31,519 bases of DNA from Candidatus Methylomirabilota bacterium (GCA_046726415.1 JBKPAK010000326.1:1-31519), one strand, 5' to 3'; counted from the stretch's first letter, positions 19,001-27,327 are shown. Numbers and translations are program-made. Notes: generated from the letters alone by a model not told the origin.

Positions 19001-20267
19001 GACAATCCGCCTCGTGGGCGACGTCTCCACCCAGATCGTCGCCGGGAGCCCGGGCCAGCACTGTGCAGCCCCGACCCAGGCCTGCGGCGACGGCGGGCCG
19101 GCCACCCAGGCGCTGCTCGGCAAGCCCACCGGACTGGCCGTCGACCTCGACGGTTCGCTCTACGTCGCGGACTCCGTCCTTCATCGCGTCCGTCGCATCG
19201 ACCCGACTGGCCGTATCACCACCGTTGCCGGGACCGGCGCCAGTTGCAGCGTTACCGTCGCGGCTCCTGCGCGCGACCGTTCCTCGCCGTCTCCGCAGCC
19301 GTCTCGTTTGCGGCTGCCGGACCTGCGCGCTTCGGATTCACCCGGTGCTCGGCGCCGTGTGAGATTGGGGTCCGGCGACTGCGGGGACGGCGGGCCGGCC
19401 ACCGCCGCCGCGCTCAGCGGGCCTTACGGCGTGTGGGTCGATCCCAGCGGACGCCTCTGGATCGCGGACGGTCGCCGCGGCATCCGTCACGTGCTCCCCG
19501 ACGGCACCATCGCCACCGCGTGCTGCTCGCGCGGCGCCGGCGGCCTCGGCCTTCTCTGGGGAGTCGTCGGCGACACCGCCAACAACCTCTACGCCACCTC
19601 CAATGCCCCGGACTACGTCGTCATGATCGATATCGCCACGGGCCAGGTGACCCCCGTCGTCGGCACCGGGACGAGCGGCTACAACGGCACCACCGACCCC
19701 AACACGGGTCTCCTGCTCCCCGGCACCTCCGTCCAGGTGAACCAGCCGACCGGCCTGTCTATTGCCCTCAACGGCGACGTCGTCTTCGCCGACACCAGCA
19801 ATGCTCTCGTCCGGGCCTATGTGCCCGCCTCCGGCCATGTCATCAACCTTGGCGGCCTCGTCGCGAACGGCACGCCCCAGAGCGGCTTCAACGGCGACCG
19901 CCGCTTCGCCAATCAGACCCAGTTCAACGGCCCCCAGGCCGTGACCGTCACCCGCGGGGCCTTGTTCATCGTCGCCGACACGGGCAACACCAGGCTTCGC
20001 CAGTTCGGACCCAATCCGCCCGCCGAACGCGCGGTCCGGGGAGTCCGCCGCCGGCAGGCCCCCGTCGTCATCGTCAGAGAGACGACCCTGAGGGACCGAC
20101 CCCACAATCAGTCGCGCCCAGTTCGAGCGATCTATCCGAACGAGGTCGTCGTGGAGCTCAGCGCGAGGGGGCAGTGGATCGAGGTCCAGGCGTTAGATGC
20201 CTCTCGGGGGGCTCCCACCACGGGATGGCTGCTGCGGGAGTTCACCAGACCCCTCGAGCGGCCATGA
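16032..20267 (+). CDS. Secreted multidomain protein (1411 aa): six YWTD-like repeats, pentapeptide repeats, NHL repeats, C-terminal SH3-like domain
   Basis: Signal peptide RRLVPVPLLAAMLVASLVAVPPTLA; IYWAN..IGRANLDGS..NQSFI x6; ADLTG/AVLSG pentapeptides; GDGGPAT..PTGLAVD..LYVADS NHL blades; TTLRDRP..WIEV..GWL SH3b-like tail. GTG overlaps the upstream TGA, but the true start may be slightly later. Confidence 0.88.
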   Translation: MRAGPGRQSVTSVARRLVPVPLLAAMLVASLVAVPPTLAQSSGSAFVYWSNTQSGTIGRSTTDGNPANVNQSFIRVGTDPTAVGSLVLDRQHIYWANFDWTNFGAAIGRAGLDGSGVNQSFITLPPHPNDLGAYAVAVDGQHIFWARPMAGTIGRANLDGSDVSDNFITSANIPSGLAVYGKHIYWANSGNSTIGRANLDGSGVNQSFINPNGQGVSALAVDGQHIYWTGLFSTTIGRANLDGSNVNPNFITGAIGAFNVAIDYEHIYWANPFVALAGSGGTVGRANLDGSDANQSFIAADTSLGDGCGPPSSRCAPGSVAVSVLTGPLCLRQDPPPLPMWGDAVFARPLDPGSSNINVVVVPSGSTWSEAGGCTGSAQGAAEVVTHPTSIAVAPGAALLLKDDTGLVSAWGAANVGAGDPPPIFFPGRSGWTPTQVEVVDAKTLLDTYNGCRACVLPEDISFTAAPANPNVAYQKDVSGASLVGATLTGAFTSWNLSSADLTGAVLSGTDLTGADLTGAVLSGATLNETVIDRTVFDRADLSGAQLVGLQHAVPPSFSSVRIGPFDGQCTKFENTDLRNAGLAPLKPDPGCETSPLLPGSTAPLDVLTLLARTYQVPVNVANARFVADAGNRAGLAGADLHGINLDQVRFIGFPADFTRTNFDGASLRQASFELADLSGATFRNAVALDASFLNARLAAQGNVPGASFAGSATSLVGASFVGADVSGASFQSADLSGAAFNQALAVGTDFNSVKAPNAVFHGAHIYGDGRAFDSARNLQGIDFVDAVLAGDANQGGFDLSGADLTGAKFDSAQCIGCNFTGSTLDGASFSDTYLLGAVFSSATLPGVNLLGAWLYCGDLSNSSCTKVPGSQPWWAWPLTLGVGESFGPVPFAATDLTGVSLNDVTACPDGKVGAIDPAGCDNHLLPGPGEAPLIPAPCSAAGLGACPTPTETLFDATSVGSPLAVAAATPPTWVTTLTAPGYYVALDDGTIRLVGDVSTQIVAGSPGQHCAAPTQACGDGGPATQALLGKPTGLAVDLDGSLYVADSVLHRVRRIDPTGRITTVAGTGASCSVTVAAPARDRSSPSPQPSRLRLPDLRASDSPGARRRVRLGSGDCGDGGPATAAALSGPYGVWVDPSGRLWIADGRRGIRHVLPDGTIATACCSRGAGGLGLLWGVVGDTANNLYATSNAPDYVVMIDIATGQVTPVVGTGTSGYNGTTDPNTGLLLPGTSVQVNQPTGLSIALNGDVVFADTSNALVRAYVPASGHVINLGGLVANGTPQSGFNGDRRFANQTQFNGPQAVTVTRGALFIVADTGNTRLRQFGPNPPAERAVRGVRRRQAPVVIVRETTLRDRPHNQSRPVRAIYPNEVVVELSARGQWIEVQALDASRGAPTTGWLLREFTRPLERP
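16167..16926 (+). repeat. Six intragenic ~125-140 bp tandem repeats encoding a YWTD-like six-bladed beta-propeller
   Basis: Recurring CACATCTACTGG ... GGGCGGGCSAACCTCGACGGCAG ... AACCAGAGCTTCATC blocks, all in frame. Confidence 0.8.
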
Positions 20268-20319
20268 GGGATCGGCCGTATGCCCCGGCCCATCGCTGGG
20301 ATGACAAGGAGAGACCGAT

Positions 20320-20706
20320 ATGAAGACGCTGATCGCGGTGAGCCTGCTGGCGTTCTGTGGAGTCGGCGTGATGACCGCCCCCGTGGCGGCCCAGGTGAGT
20401 GGACCGCATTGTCTCTTCATCACTGAGCTCGAGGAGGTCGCACAGTTCTTCGCCCTCCCCACGGCCGGCGGCCAGGCCATCCTCACGGGACAGAGCATCA
20501 CCTTCGAAGACGCCTACACCGGCTCCGGCTATATCCGGGGCAACGACTTCATCTTCAGCCTGGCGTCAGGTCTTCTCCCCGGGCTGCTGGAGGGGATCGT
20601 CAATCTCACCACCGGCCAGGGGCTCGGCTCCATCACCTTCGCGGACACCGGGGAGATCCAGTCGCTGACCTACTCCACCTTCGCGCCGCCGTGCACGCCG
20701 CGCTGA
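20320..20706 (+). CDS. Small secreted beta-strand-rich hypothetical protein (128 aa)
   Basis: AGGAGA RBS; signal peptide MKTLIAVSLLAFCGVGVMTAPVAA-Q; one Cys near each end of the mature chain; typical high-GC codon usage. Confidence 0.8.
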   Translation: MKTLIAVSLLAFCGVGVMTAPVAAQVSGPHCLFITELEEVAQFFALPTAGGQAILTGQSITFEDAYTGSGYIRGNDFIFSLASGLLPGLLEGIVNLTTGQGLGSITFADTGEIQSLTYSTFAPPCTPR

Positions 20707-20837
20707 GCAAGGCCCGAAACTCGTAGCCGAGGGACGGCGAGACATCAGGTGACGGATCGGCCACTGGCCGACCAGCTGAGGTTTGCCGCCGACCCGGTGA
20801 AGGTGTCTCGTGGCCCATGGCCAGTAGAAGGTGCCCC

Positions 20838-21003
20838 ATGCCAGCCCGCACGCCAGAGGAACTCGACATCCTGTTCGCCAGCGCGATCAACGCCGGCGAC
20901 ATCGAGGCCTTGATCACGCTCTACGAGCCGGGCGCGTGCCTGACGCCGAAGCCCGGCCAGATCGTCGCCGGTGTCACGGCGGTACGCGAGGCGCTGGGCG
21001 GCC
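20838..21003 (+). pseudogene. 5' fragment of SnoaL/NTF2-like (YybH-type) protein
   Basis: MPARTPEELDILFASAINAGDIEALITLYEPGA..GQIVAGVTAVREALG, after which similarity stops abruptly. Confidence 0.7.
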
Positions 21004-21179
21004 GAGGTCGTCCAGGTTGTGGCAACTGTTCCGGTTGACATACATGTCGGCGGGTCTGCATCAGGACGGATACGGAGATGGGGGCGCGAAGGGAGGACTC
21101 TTGTCCGCGCTGTCTCTGGGGGAGAGAGGAGAGAGAGGAAAGGGGGCAGGGTTCCGACAAGCCCGAGTTCTGGCGCGCA

Positions 21180-21230
21180 TAGCCGCTTACCGCGTCCCGA
21201 GAACAAACATGTTGGGTTCTCAAGCGGCTA
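21180..21230. repeat. Nested inverted repeat/hairpin at the 3' end of the Rep-like gene
   Basis: TAGCCGCTT (21180-21188) pairs with AAGCGGCTA (21222-21230). Inner GAGAAC/GTTCTC pair and AACATGTT palindrome. Confidence 0.65.
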
Positions 21231-22841
21231 AGCCGAGCGTCTCGAAGGTGTGGCGCATCTCGCGCTGGAGATGCTCGTAGTGCACGTCGAGCGGGTGGAC
21301 TCGCTTCGGCGGCCGGCCTGGTTTGGGCGTGCCCGCGCCGGCGAGGACAGGCTTGATGACCTTCTCCCGCAGGATCAACAACGCCACCACCGTACGGATC
21401 GCTGGTGTCGCGGGTTGATAGCGGCGGGTCGTTCCGATGCGCTCGACCAACGCCTTGCCGTGAAGCTTGCGCAGGTCGTACGCGGCGTGGCGGGGCGTGT
21501 AGATCGGCTGTCGGAGGCGCGCCCTGGCTTTCACCGCCAGCTCACCCGCGGTAAAGCCGTCGGGCTTGGGCGCCAAGCTCAGCATCGCCTCGACCACTGC
21601 CCGCATCCGCGGCTTCTGGATGTCGATGCCTGCCAGCCGCTGGGCCCCGCCCTGTGTGGGCTGCGGCAAGGCGTCGAGCGCGGCGGGGTCGAGGGACCCG
21701 AGGTGCGCGGCGTGGACCACATTGAGAAAGTCGATCACTATTCGCTCGAGCCGGGCCAGCACGATCGGGAATTTCTCAAGCCGCTTGCCGCACCGGAGGT
21801 CCTTGACACTATGGGCGATGACCTCGATCCGCAGCACCCGCGCGCCTTTGTCGTAGACCTTCAAGGTCAGGCGGCCGAAGTGGAGCTTGAACACCGTCAC
21901 GTCATACCCCGACCCGTCCAGCACCCGCTCGATCCGCGGGGCCGCCGCTCGCGCTTGGCGGAGCAGATGGGGGCGGTGTTTCCGACCGAAGATGGTCTTC
22001 AGGGTCGGGACGTCCAAGACCCGGCGCGTCCGGGTCGATGAACCCCTGGTCGACCTCTTCGAGCTTCGTACCGCGGGCAAACACCAGGTTCCGGCTGTAT
22101 TCGACCTGGAAGCACGAATACTCGTAGCGGAAGCCCGAGCGCCGTTGCTCCTCGCGGTCCAGCGCGAAGCACAAGCAGGCCGAGTACACCCAGCGGTCAC
22201 AGACCCCGGTCACTCGCCCGATCGCGCGCTCATCGCCCAGGGCGTCCGCCAGCCGATCCAAGGCCGAAAAAGCCGAACCGCCCACAAAGCAGTTCCCCTC
22301 CTTCACCGCGGGGAGCGTCCGCGTCTGGGCGCGCCGTTCGACCCATTCGTGCCCGTTGAGCATCACCTGCACGCCAAAGGGCGGATGCCCACTCATCTTG
22401 ATGGTGAGGTGGCCCCAGTCTCGGTCGATGAGGTGAAAATGGTAGTGGTTGACGTACGGCCAGGGCGTCTTGCGCCGCAGGTAGGGCGCCCCGCGCGGGG
22501 TCTTGATCACTTCCCAGACGAGCGCCGGCGCTTTGGCGACCAAGATCAAGAAGAGCCCCGTTCAGGTCGTGTTTGCACACGCCGGCTTCACAGTGAATGA
22601 GCCGGATGTGATGGCGTCTGGCGTAGGCATGCACCCGCCGACTGAATCGGCCGGCCATTCGTAGCACGTGCTCTTGGTCGAGGGTATCGTCGCCGCCAGT
22701 CAGGCAGCGCCACCAGTGCCGAAAGGCGCCCCTCTGCTGGCCGAGCCGAAAGTAGCCGTTGAGCACAATCCGATCCGGACAGTCATATCGCCCCTCTAGC
22801 AGGTCCTGGTAGTAGTCCGAGAAATCGTCATGCTGTTTCAT
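21220..22841 (-). pseudogene. ~540-aa hypothetical transposase/Rep-like protein with C-terminal winged HTH; two frameshifts
   Basis: Three overlapping ORFs join: DLLEGRYDCPDRIVLNGYF.. / VNHYHFHLIDRDWGHLTIKMSGHPPF..LNGHEW..KEGNCF..QVEYSRNLVF / LKVYDKGARVLRIE..GFTAGEL..AAYDLRKLHGKALVERIGTTRRY. Breaks near 22563 and 22033. Confidence 0.75.
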
Positions 22842-22873
22842 GCCCAGAATCTTATTCGATCGCTCCCGGTGGA

Positions 22874-22991
22874 GCTGTGGCAGCGGGCGCTCGTGGGGCG
22901 ACCAGCGTCCGAGTCTGGCAGATTACGTCACGGTGATCGAGGCCAGGGACCGGGCGACCGCCGCCAGACGGCCTTAATGTCGACTATCCTC
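22874..22991 (+). repeat. 118-bp direct repeat, copy 1
   Basis: GCTGTGGCAGCGGGCGCTC...GGCCTTAATGTCGACTATCCTC; matches 30013-30130 with 3 substitutions. Confidence 0.95.
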
Positions 22992-22992
22992 G

Positions 22993-23921
22993 CGTGCGCT
23001 CCTCTCGCGCCGCGGCGGCAACATCGCCAAGTCAATCGAGCTCTTCCGTGAAGCGGTCGCGCTCGATCCCGACTACGCGCTGGCGTGGGCCGGCATCGCC
23101 GAAGCCCACTGCATGCTCGTGTACTACGGCCTGGCTCGCGGCGCCGACTCGAAGGCCACGGCCATTTCCGCCGCGACGCGGGCCATCGAGCTCGAACCGT
23201 CGTCGTCGCCGGGCCATGCGTCGCTGGCGTTTGCCGTGCTGCTCTTCGATCAGGATCGCGAGCGAGCCGGGCGCGAGTTCGAGCGGGCGATCGATCTCAA
23301 TCCGCGCTACGTGCAGGGCCGCTGCTGGTATGCGCTGTTCTACCTGCAATGGACCCGCGGCCGCTTCGCGGAGGGCGTGGCGCACGCCCGCCGTGCGCTC
23401 GAGGACGATCCGTTGTCGGCCTATCCCGCGCTGATGCTGTCCGGCTGTCTCCAGGCGACCGGGCCGCTGGACGAAGCGATCGCCACCGGCCGGCTGGCCG
23501 TCGAGCGCGACCCCGACTCGGTTGCCGCGCGCTGGGTGCTGGGGGCGACACTGGCCCTCGCGGGAAAGGCGGACGACGCGGTGACGATGTGCCAGTCGGC
23601 GGCCGTCTTGAGCGAAAGCCCCGTCGCGCTCAGCGGGCTGGCGTTCGCGTACGCGCAAGCCGGCCGAACGGCGGACGCGGCAGGCGTGTATGAAGACCTC
23701 GCGGTGCGGGCGGCGAGGCGCTACGTGCCGCTGGCGATGCTCGCTTCAGCGGCCGCATCGGGCGGCCGACTGGAGGAAGCCGTTTCGCTGGCGCGGCGCG
23801 CGTGGGAGGATCGCGAGCCGACGTTATGCTGTGGGCGCGCCACTATCACGAGTACCGCGCACTGCGTGACGATCCACGCTTCCAGGCCATCTTGCGTGAC
23901 ATGGACACCCCGGCGGGGTAG
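22993..23921 (+). pseudogene. TPR-repeat C-terminal part of a Ser/Thr kinase- or cyclase-type protein, 5'-truncated
   Basis: RALLSRRG..FREAVALDPDYALAWAGIAEA, FERAIDLNPRY and ARRALEDDPLS. After a frameshift near 23830 the tail reads LRDDPRFQAILRDM. Starts exactly at the repeat end. Confidence 0.8.
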
Positions 23922-23936
23922 GACGAGCCGGCCGGC

Positions 23937-24188
23937 TCATTCTGCAGGCGGGTTATCGCGTCGGGCACGCAGGGCGGCGAGCAGTGACTCCTGCAAATCG
24001 GCTGGCATCGCCATCGCGGTCGCGTCGCGGAGGATACGCGGCGTCTCGCGATACGACGCAATGAATGCGACGCAGCGCGGGCAGCTGGCGACGTGCTCGT
24101 CGATGGCGGCGCGCACGTCCGCCGGCAGCACGCCTTCCAGATAATCCATCAACAGCTCGACACCGGACGCACAGGCGATCGGCTTCAT
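23937..24188 (-). CDS. Zinc-finger (zf-HC2) anti-sigma factor
   Basis: C..GVELLMDYLEG.L....IDEHVASCPRC (HxxxCxxC). Overlaps the sigma gene stop by 4 nt. Confidence 0.88.
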   Translation of the reverse strand: MKPIACASGVELLMDYLEGVLPADVRAAIDEHVASCPRCVAFIASYRETPRILRDATAMAMPADLQESLLAALRARRDNPPAE

Positions 24189-24796
24189 CGCTTCACTCCC
24201 ACCAGCTCGTTCAGGTAGCCGCGCAGCATCAGCCGTGCGCGATGGACGCGCTGGCGCACGGCGGCCGGATCGACGCCGAGGATTTGTGCGACGTCGGCCG
24301 TCGGCAACTCCTCGAGGTCGCGCAGCACGAACGCATCACGGTAGAGGTCGGGCAGTCGCGCGATCACGTCGCGGGCCTTCTCGGCGAGCTGTTGTCGATC
24401 CAGCAACTCCTCGGCGCATGCAGCCACCTGGAGTTCGGCCGGCGTCGCGGTGAGCACGCCGTGATCGTCGAATTGCGGCAGGAAGGCGTCGAGCGGCTCG
24501 GACGGCCGCCTCGCCCGGGCGCGCCGGAGCATCAGCGCGGCATTGGTCGCGATTCGATACAGCCACGTCCCGAACTGCGCGTCGCCGCGAAAGGTGGCAA
24601 GGTGACGATAGACCTGAAGAAACGTCTCCTGCAGCACGTCCGGCGCATCGGTCTCGCTGGTCAGACGGCAGGCGAGACGATAGACGCGGCCCTGATAGCG
24701 ACCCAAGAGCACTTCGAACGCCTGGTCGTCGCCGGCAGCGGCGCGCACGGCGAGCGCCTCGTCAGTCTGCTCCGCTGTCGGGACGTCCATGCGCAT
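24185..24796 (-). CDS. ECF RNA polymerase sigma-70 factor
   Basis: TDEALAVRAAAGDDQAFEVL, DVLQETFLQVYR..FRGDAQFGTWLYRIATN and LPDLYRDAFVLRDLEEL..VRQRVHRARLMLR. Confidence 0.93.
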   Translation of the reverse strand: MRMDVPTAEQTDEALAVRAAAGDDQAFEVLLGRYQGRVYRLACRLTSETDAPDVLQETFLQVYRHLATFRGDAQFGTWLYRIATNAALMLRRARARRPSEPLDAFLPQFDDHGVLTATPAELQVAACAEELLDRQQLAEKARDVIARLPDLYRDAFVLRDLEELPTADVAQILGVDPAAVRQRVHRARLMLRGYLNELVGVKR

Positions 24797-24801
24797 CGAG
24801 T

Positions 24802-24993
24802 CTACCGGGTCCTGATGGCCGCCTTCACCCTGGCGGCCAGCTCGGGCGTCACATCTGTGACGCCGTGATCGTGCGCGGCATGTGCGGCCACCTGCTTCAG
24901 CAGCTCTTCCTCGGTCGCTGCGCTGGCGGTGAACTGACAGCCCGCCACGATGTCGCCGCAGGCAATGTGCTTGGTCTTCTTCTCGTCAGGCAT
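24802..24993 (-). CDS. DUF1059 small metal-binding protein
   Basis: KHIACGDIVAGCQFTASAATEEELLKQVAAHAAHDHG..ELAARVKAAIR; AAAGGA RBS upstream. Confidence 0.85.
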   Translation of the reverse strand: MPDEKKTKHIACGDIVAGCQFTASAATEEELLKQVAAHAAHDHGVTDVTPELAARVKAAIRTR

Positions 24994-25110
24994 CGTCATT
25001 CCTTTCACTGGAACGTTGCACTCCGTCCTTAAGATGCCTGCGCGGAGCGTGTGTGACAACGCGATCAGTTCGGCTTGTCACACGGGAGAGCTGTCCGGCA
25101 TCACACCGGC

Positions 25111-25899
25111 ATGAGCCTTTACGTCGCCGGGCTGTGGCGATACCCGGTTAAATCCCTCGCCGGCGAATCTCTGACGAGCGCGCGCTTGACACGAGACGGG
25201 GTCGACGGCGATCGGCGCGTCGTCGTGTGCGGTCCGGAAGGCGTGCGCACCTCGAGACGACAGTTTCGGCTGCTCGGCCTCCGCGGAACGCTCGACACCG
25301 GAAGCGGTCCGCTCGTCAACGGTCATCCGTGGGACAGCGCCGAGGCGTTGCGCCTCGTGAAGGCTGCCGCAGGAGATGACGCCTGGCTCGAAGCGGTGGA
25401 CGGGCAGGACGGCTTCGACGTGCTGCCGCTGCTCATCGCGACCGATGGCGCGGTGGCCGCGTTCGGCCGCGACGTGCGCCGCCTGCGGTCGAACTTCCTG
25501 ATCGGCGGCGTGCCGGAGATGGATGAAGTGACCTGGCCCGGCGCCGAGCTGTACATCGGCGGCGTCATCGTGCGGATCGACTCGCGCCGCGCGCGCTGCC
25601 CAATGACGACGGTCGATCCCGAGACGCTCGATCGTGATCCCGGGGTGCTCAAAGACATCGGCCGCCGGTTTGGCGGCCGCCTGGCGCTCAATGCGGATGT
25701 CGTGCAGCCGGGCACGATCAGCGTCGGCGATGCCGTGACGCTGGCACCGCGTTGCGTGACGATTGTCAGCGCTTGGGTCGTCCGGGCACGACGATCGGGC
25801 TCTTCGACTGGATCTCGGTCCAGACCCGGCGTCCCACCTTGTCGGCCTCGGCAATCATCGCGGTTTCGTCCACCGTCACGATCTTGCGGTCGCGCATGA
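25111..25899 (+). CDS. MOSC domain protein (true stop probably near 25759)
   Basis: LWRYPVKSLAGE, GDRR, DVRRLRSN, RCPMTTVDP and PGTISVGDAV. The tail beyond ~25755 overlaps the convergent gene and looks out of frame. Confidence 0.85.
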   Translation: MSLYVAGLWRYPVKSLAGESLTSARLTRDGVDGDRRVVVCGPEGVRTSRRQFRLLGLRGTLDTGSGPLVNGHPWDSAEALRLVKAAAGDDAWLEAVDGQDGFDVLPLLIATDGAVAAFGRDVRRLRSNFLIGGVPEMDEVTWPGAELYIGGVIVRIDSRRARCPMTTVDPETLDRDPGVLKDIGRRFGGRLALNADVVQPGTISVGDAVTLAPRCVTIVSAWVVRARRSGSSTGSRSRPGVPPCRPRQSSRFRPPSRSCGRA

Positions 25900-27274
25900 C
25901 GAACTGACCGTCGACCATCACCGACTCGATGTCGGACGGCTGGCCGTTGTGCATCCACGCCGACAGGATGCGCACGGCCGGCACCAGGCGCGTGCGCAGC
26001 GTATCGAGGACGATCAGATCCGCTTTCTTCCCGACCTCGAGCGCGCCGACCAGCGGCTGCCTGATCGCGCGCGCGCCGCCGCGCGTCGTATCTTCGAGGA
26101 TGTCCTCGGGCTGCGGCCGCACGCCGGGAAACGCATCGTCGCGGCGGATGCGTTCGGTGAGCAGGGCGACGCGCATCACCTCCAGCATGTCGTTGGTGTT
26201 GTTGTCGGTGCCGTTGGCAATCGGACAGCCGGCCTCGCGCAGCGCGGGAATCGGCGGGATGACGCCGCGGTTGGCGGCCATCGCGGCCTGGTGCGAGACG
26301 ATCGTGGCCGACTTGCCGAGAAGCGCGATCTCGCCCGCGTCGACGTAGCGGCAGTGCGCGGCGAACAACCGCGGACCGAGGAAGTCGTGCTTCGCGAGGT
26401 ACGCCGCCGGCCGCAGGCCGTGGTGTTTCACCATGAAGTCGGTTTCGGCCCGGCTCTGGTGCAGGTGAATCGTGTAGCCGAGATCGTGTGTTTCTGCGAA
26501 GGCGCGTACCGCGTGCAGCAGCTCGGGCGACGCGTCTTCGGCGAGCGCCGCGGCCGGAAACACGCTGACACGGCCCTGGTTCTTGCCGTGCCATGCGGAG
26601 AACAAATCGTTGATGCGCTGCATTCCGGCATCGCGCAGCTTTGCGGAGAAGCGCGGCGTTTCGCTCTTGGCGAGAAGCTCCGGCGACATCGGTCCCGAGC
26701 CGGTCTCTCGATCGCGTACCGACTCGGCAAACACGCAACGGATGCCGGTCTGCGCGATGGCGGCCGCCGAGTTGCTGATGTTCGCGACGTTCTCGACCAC
26801 GGTCGTCGTCCCCGACCGCAGGCATTCGAGTGCGCCAATGCTCACCATCAACGTCGACTCCTCCCGTGACAGGAGGCTGTTCGGCTGCACGGCCAGCCGC
26901 ACACTGTTGGGAAACCCGAAGTCCTCGTTGAAGCCGCGCGCGATGGTAGCGCCGAGATGAGCGTGGCAATTGATTAGTGCGGGAAGCAGCGCCTTGCCGC
27001 GGCCGTTGTAGACCTCGGCCCGCGGATAGGTCTTGAGGACCTGATCGGTTGGTCCGATGGCCACGATCTTGTCGGCCTCGACGGCAAGCGCCACGTCGTG
27101 CTGCACGACGTCGACGTTGACGACCGTCGTGTTGGCGAACACAACGGTCCGGCCGGCTGGCGTTTGCGCCGCCACGCCGCGCGGATCGAGCAGCAGGGCA
27201 GTGGCGCCGGCACCTGCGCCGGCAAGCAGCTCGCGACGGCTGATGTTAGTAGTGGTTGCGGAGGAGGCTGGCAT
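25766..27274 (-). CDS. Tat-exported metal-dependent amidohydrolase (AtzA/MTA-SAH deaminase-like)
   Basis: SRRELLAGAGAGATALLL leader; LPALINCHAH, SGTTTV, IHLHQS, AHC, GTDN and GALEVGKKADL. Confidence 0.9.
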   Translation of the reverse strand: MPASSATTTNISRRELLAGAGAGATALLLDPRGVAAQTPAGRTVVFANTTVVNVDVVQHDVALAVEADKIVAIGPTDQVLKTYPRAEVYNGRGKALLPALINCHAHLGATIARGFNEDFGFPNSVRLAVQPNSLLSREESTLMVSIGALECLRSGTTTVVENVANISNSAAAIAQTGIRCVFAESVRDRETGSGPMSPELLAKSETPRFSAKLRDAGMQRINDLFSAWHGKNQGRVSVFPAAALAEDASPELLHAVRAFAETHDLGYTIHLHQSRAETDFMVKHHGLRPAAYLAKHDFLGPRLFAAHCRYVDAGEIALLGKSATIVSHQAAMAANRGVIPPIPALREAGCPIANGTDNNTNDMLEVMRVALLTERIRRDDAFPGVRPQPEDILEDTTRGGARAIRQPLVGALEVGKKADLIVLDTLRTRLVPAVRILSAWMHNGQPSDIESVMVDGQFVMRDRKIVTVDETAMIAEADKVGRRVWTEIQSKSPIVVPGRPKR

Positions 27275-27327
27275 GGCGCACGGTAGCGCCGCGCCAGAGC
27301 CAAGTCAACACGGCCGGCTGTTGCCGC

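Larger units (their letters stand above)
21180..22854 (-). mobile_element. Putative unclassified single-gene mobile element (Rep_trans-like tyrosine motif + winged helix), bounded by TA
   Basis: Single gene with very short flanks, TA at 21180-21181 and 22853-22854, a hairpin over the stop codon, and no terminal IRs. Boundaries are inferred. Confidence 0.45.

Noticed and set aside
21172..21190. GTAAGCG on the minus strand as an IS66 terminal repeat
   Set aside because: No IS66 tnpA/B/C genes or partner IR; better explained as one arm of the hairpin at the Rep-like gene end.
25760..25899. C-terminal extension of the MOSC protein
   Set aside because: Low-complexity tail overlapping the convergent amidohydrolase gene; probably read-through from an indel near 25750.
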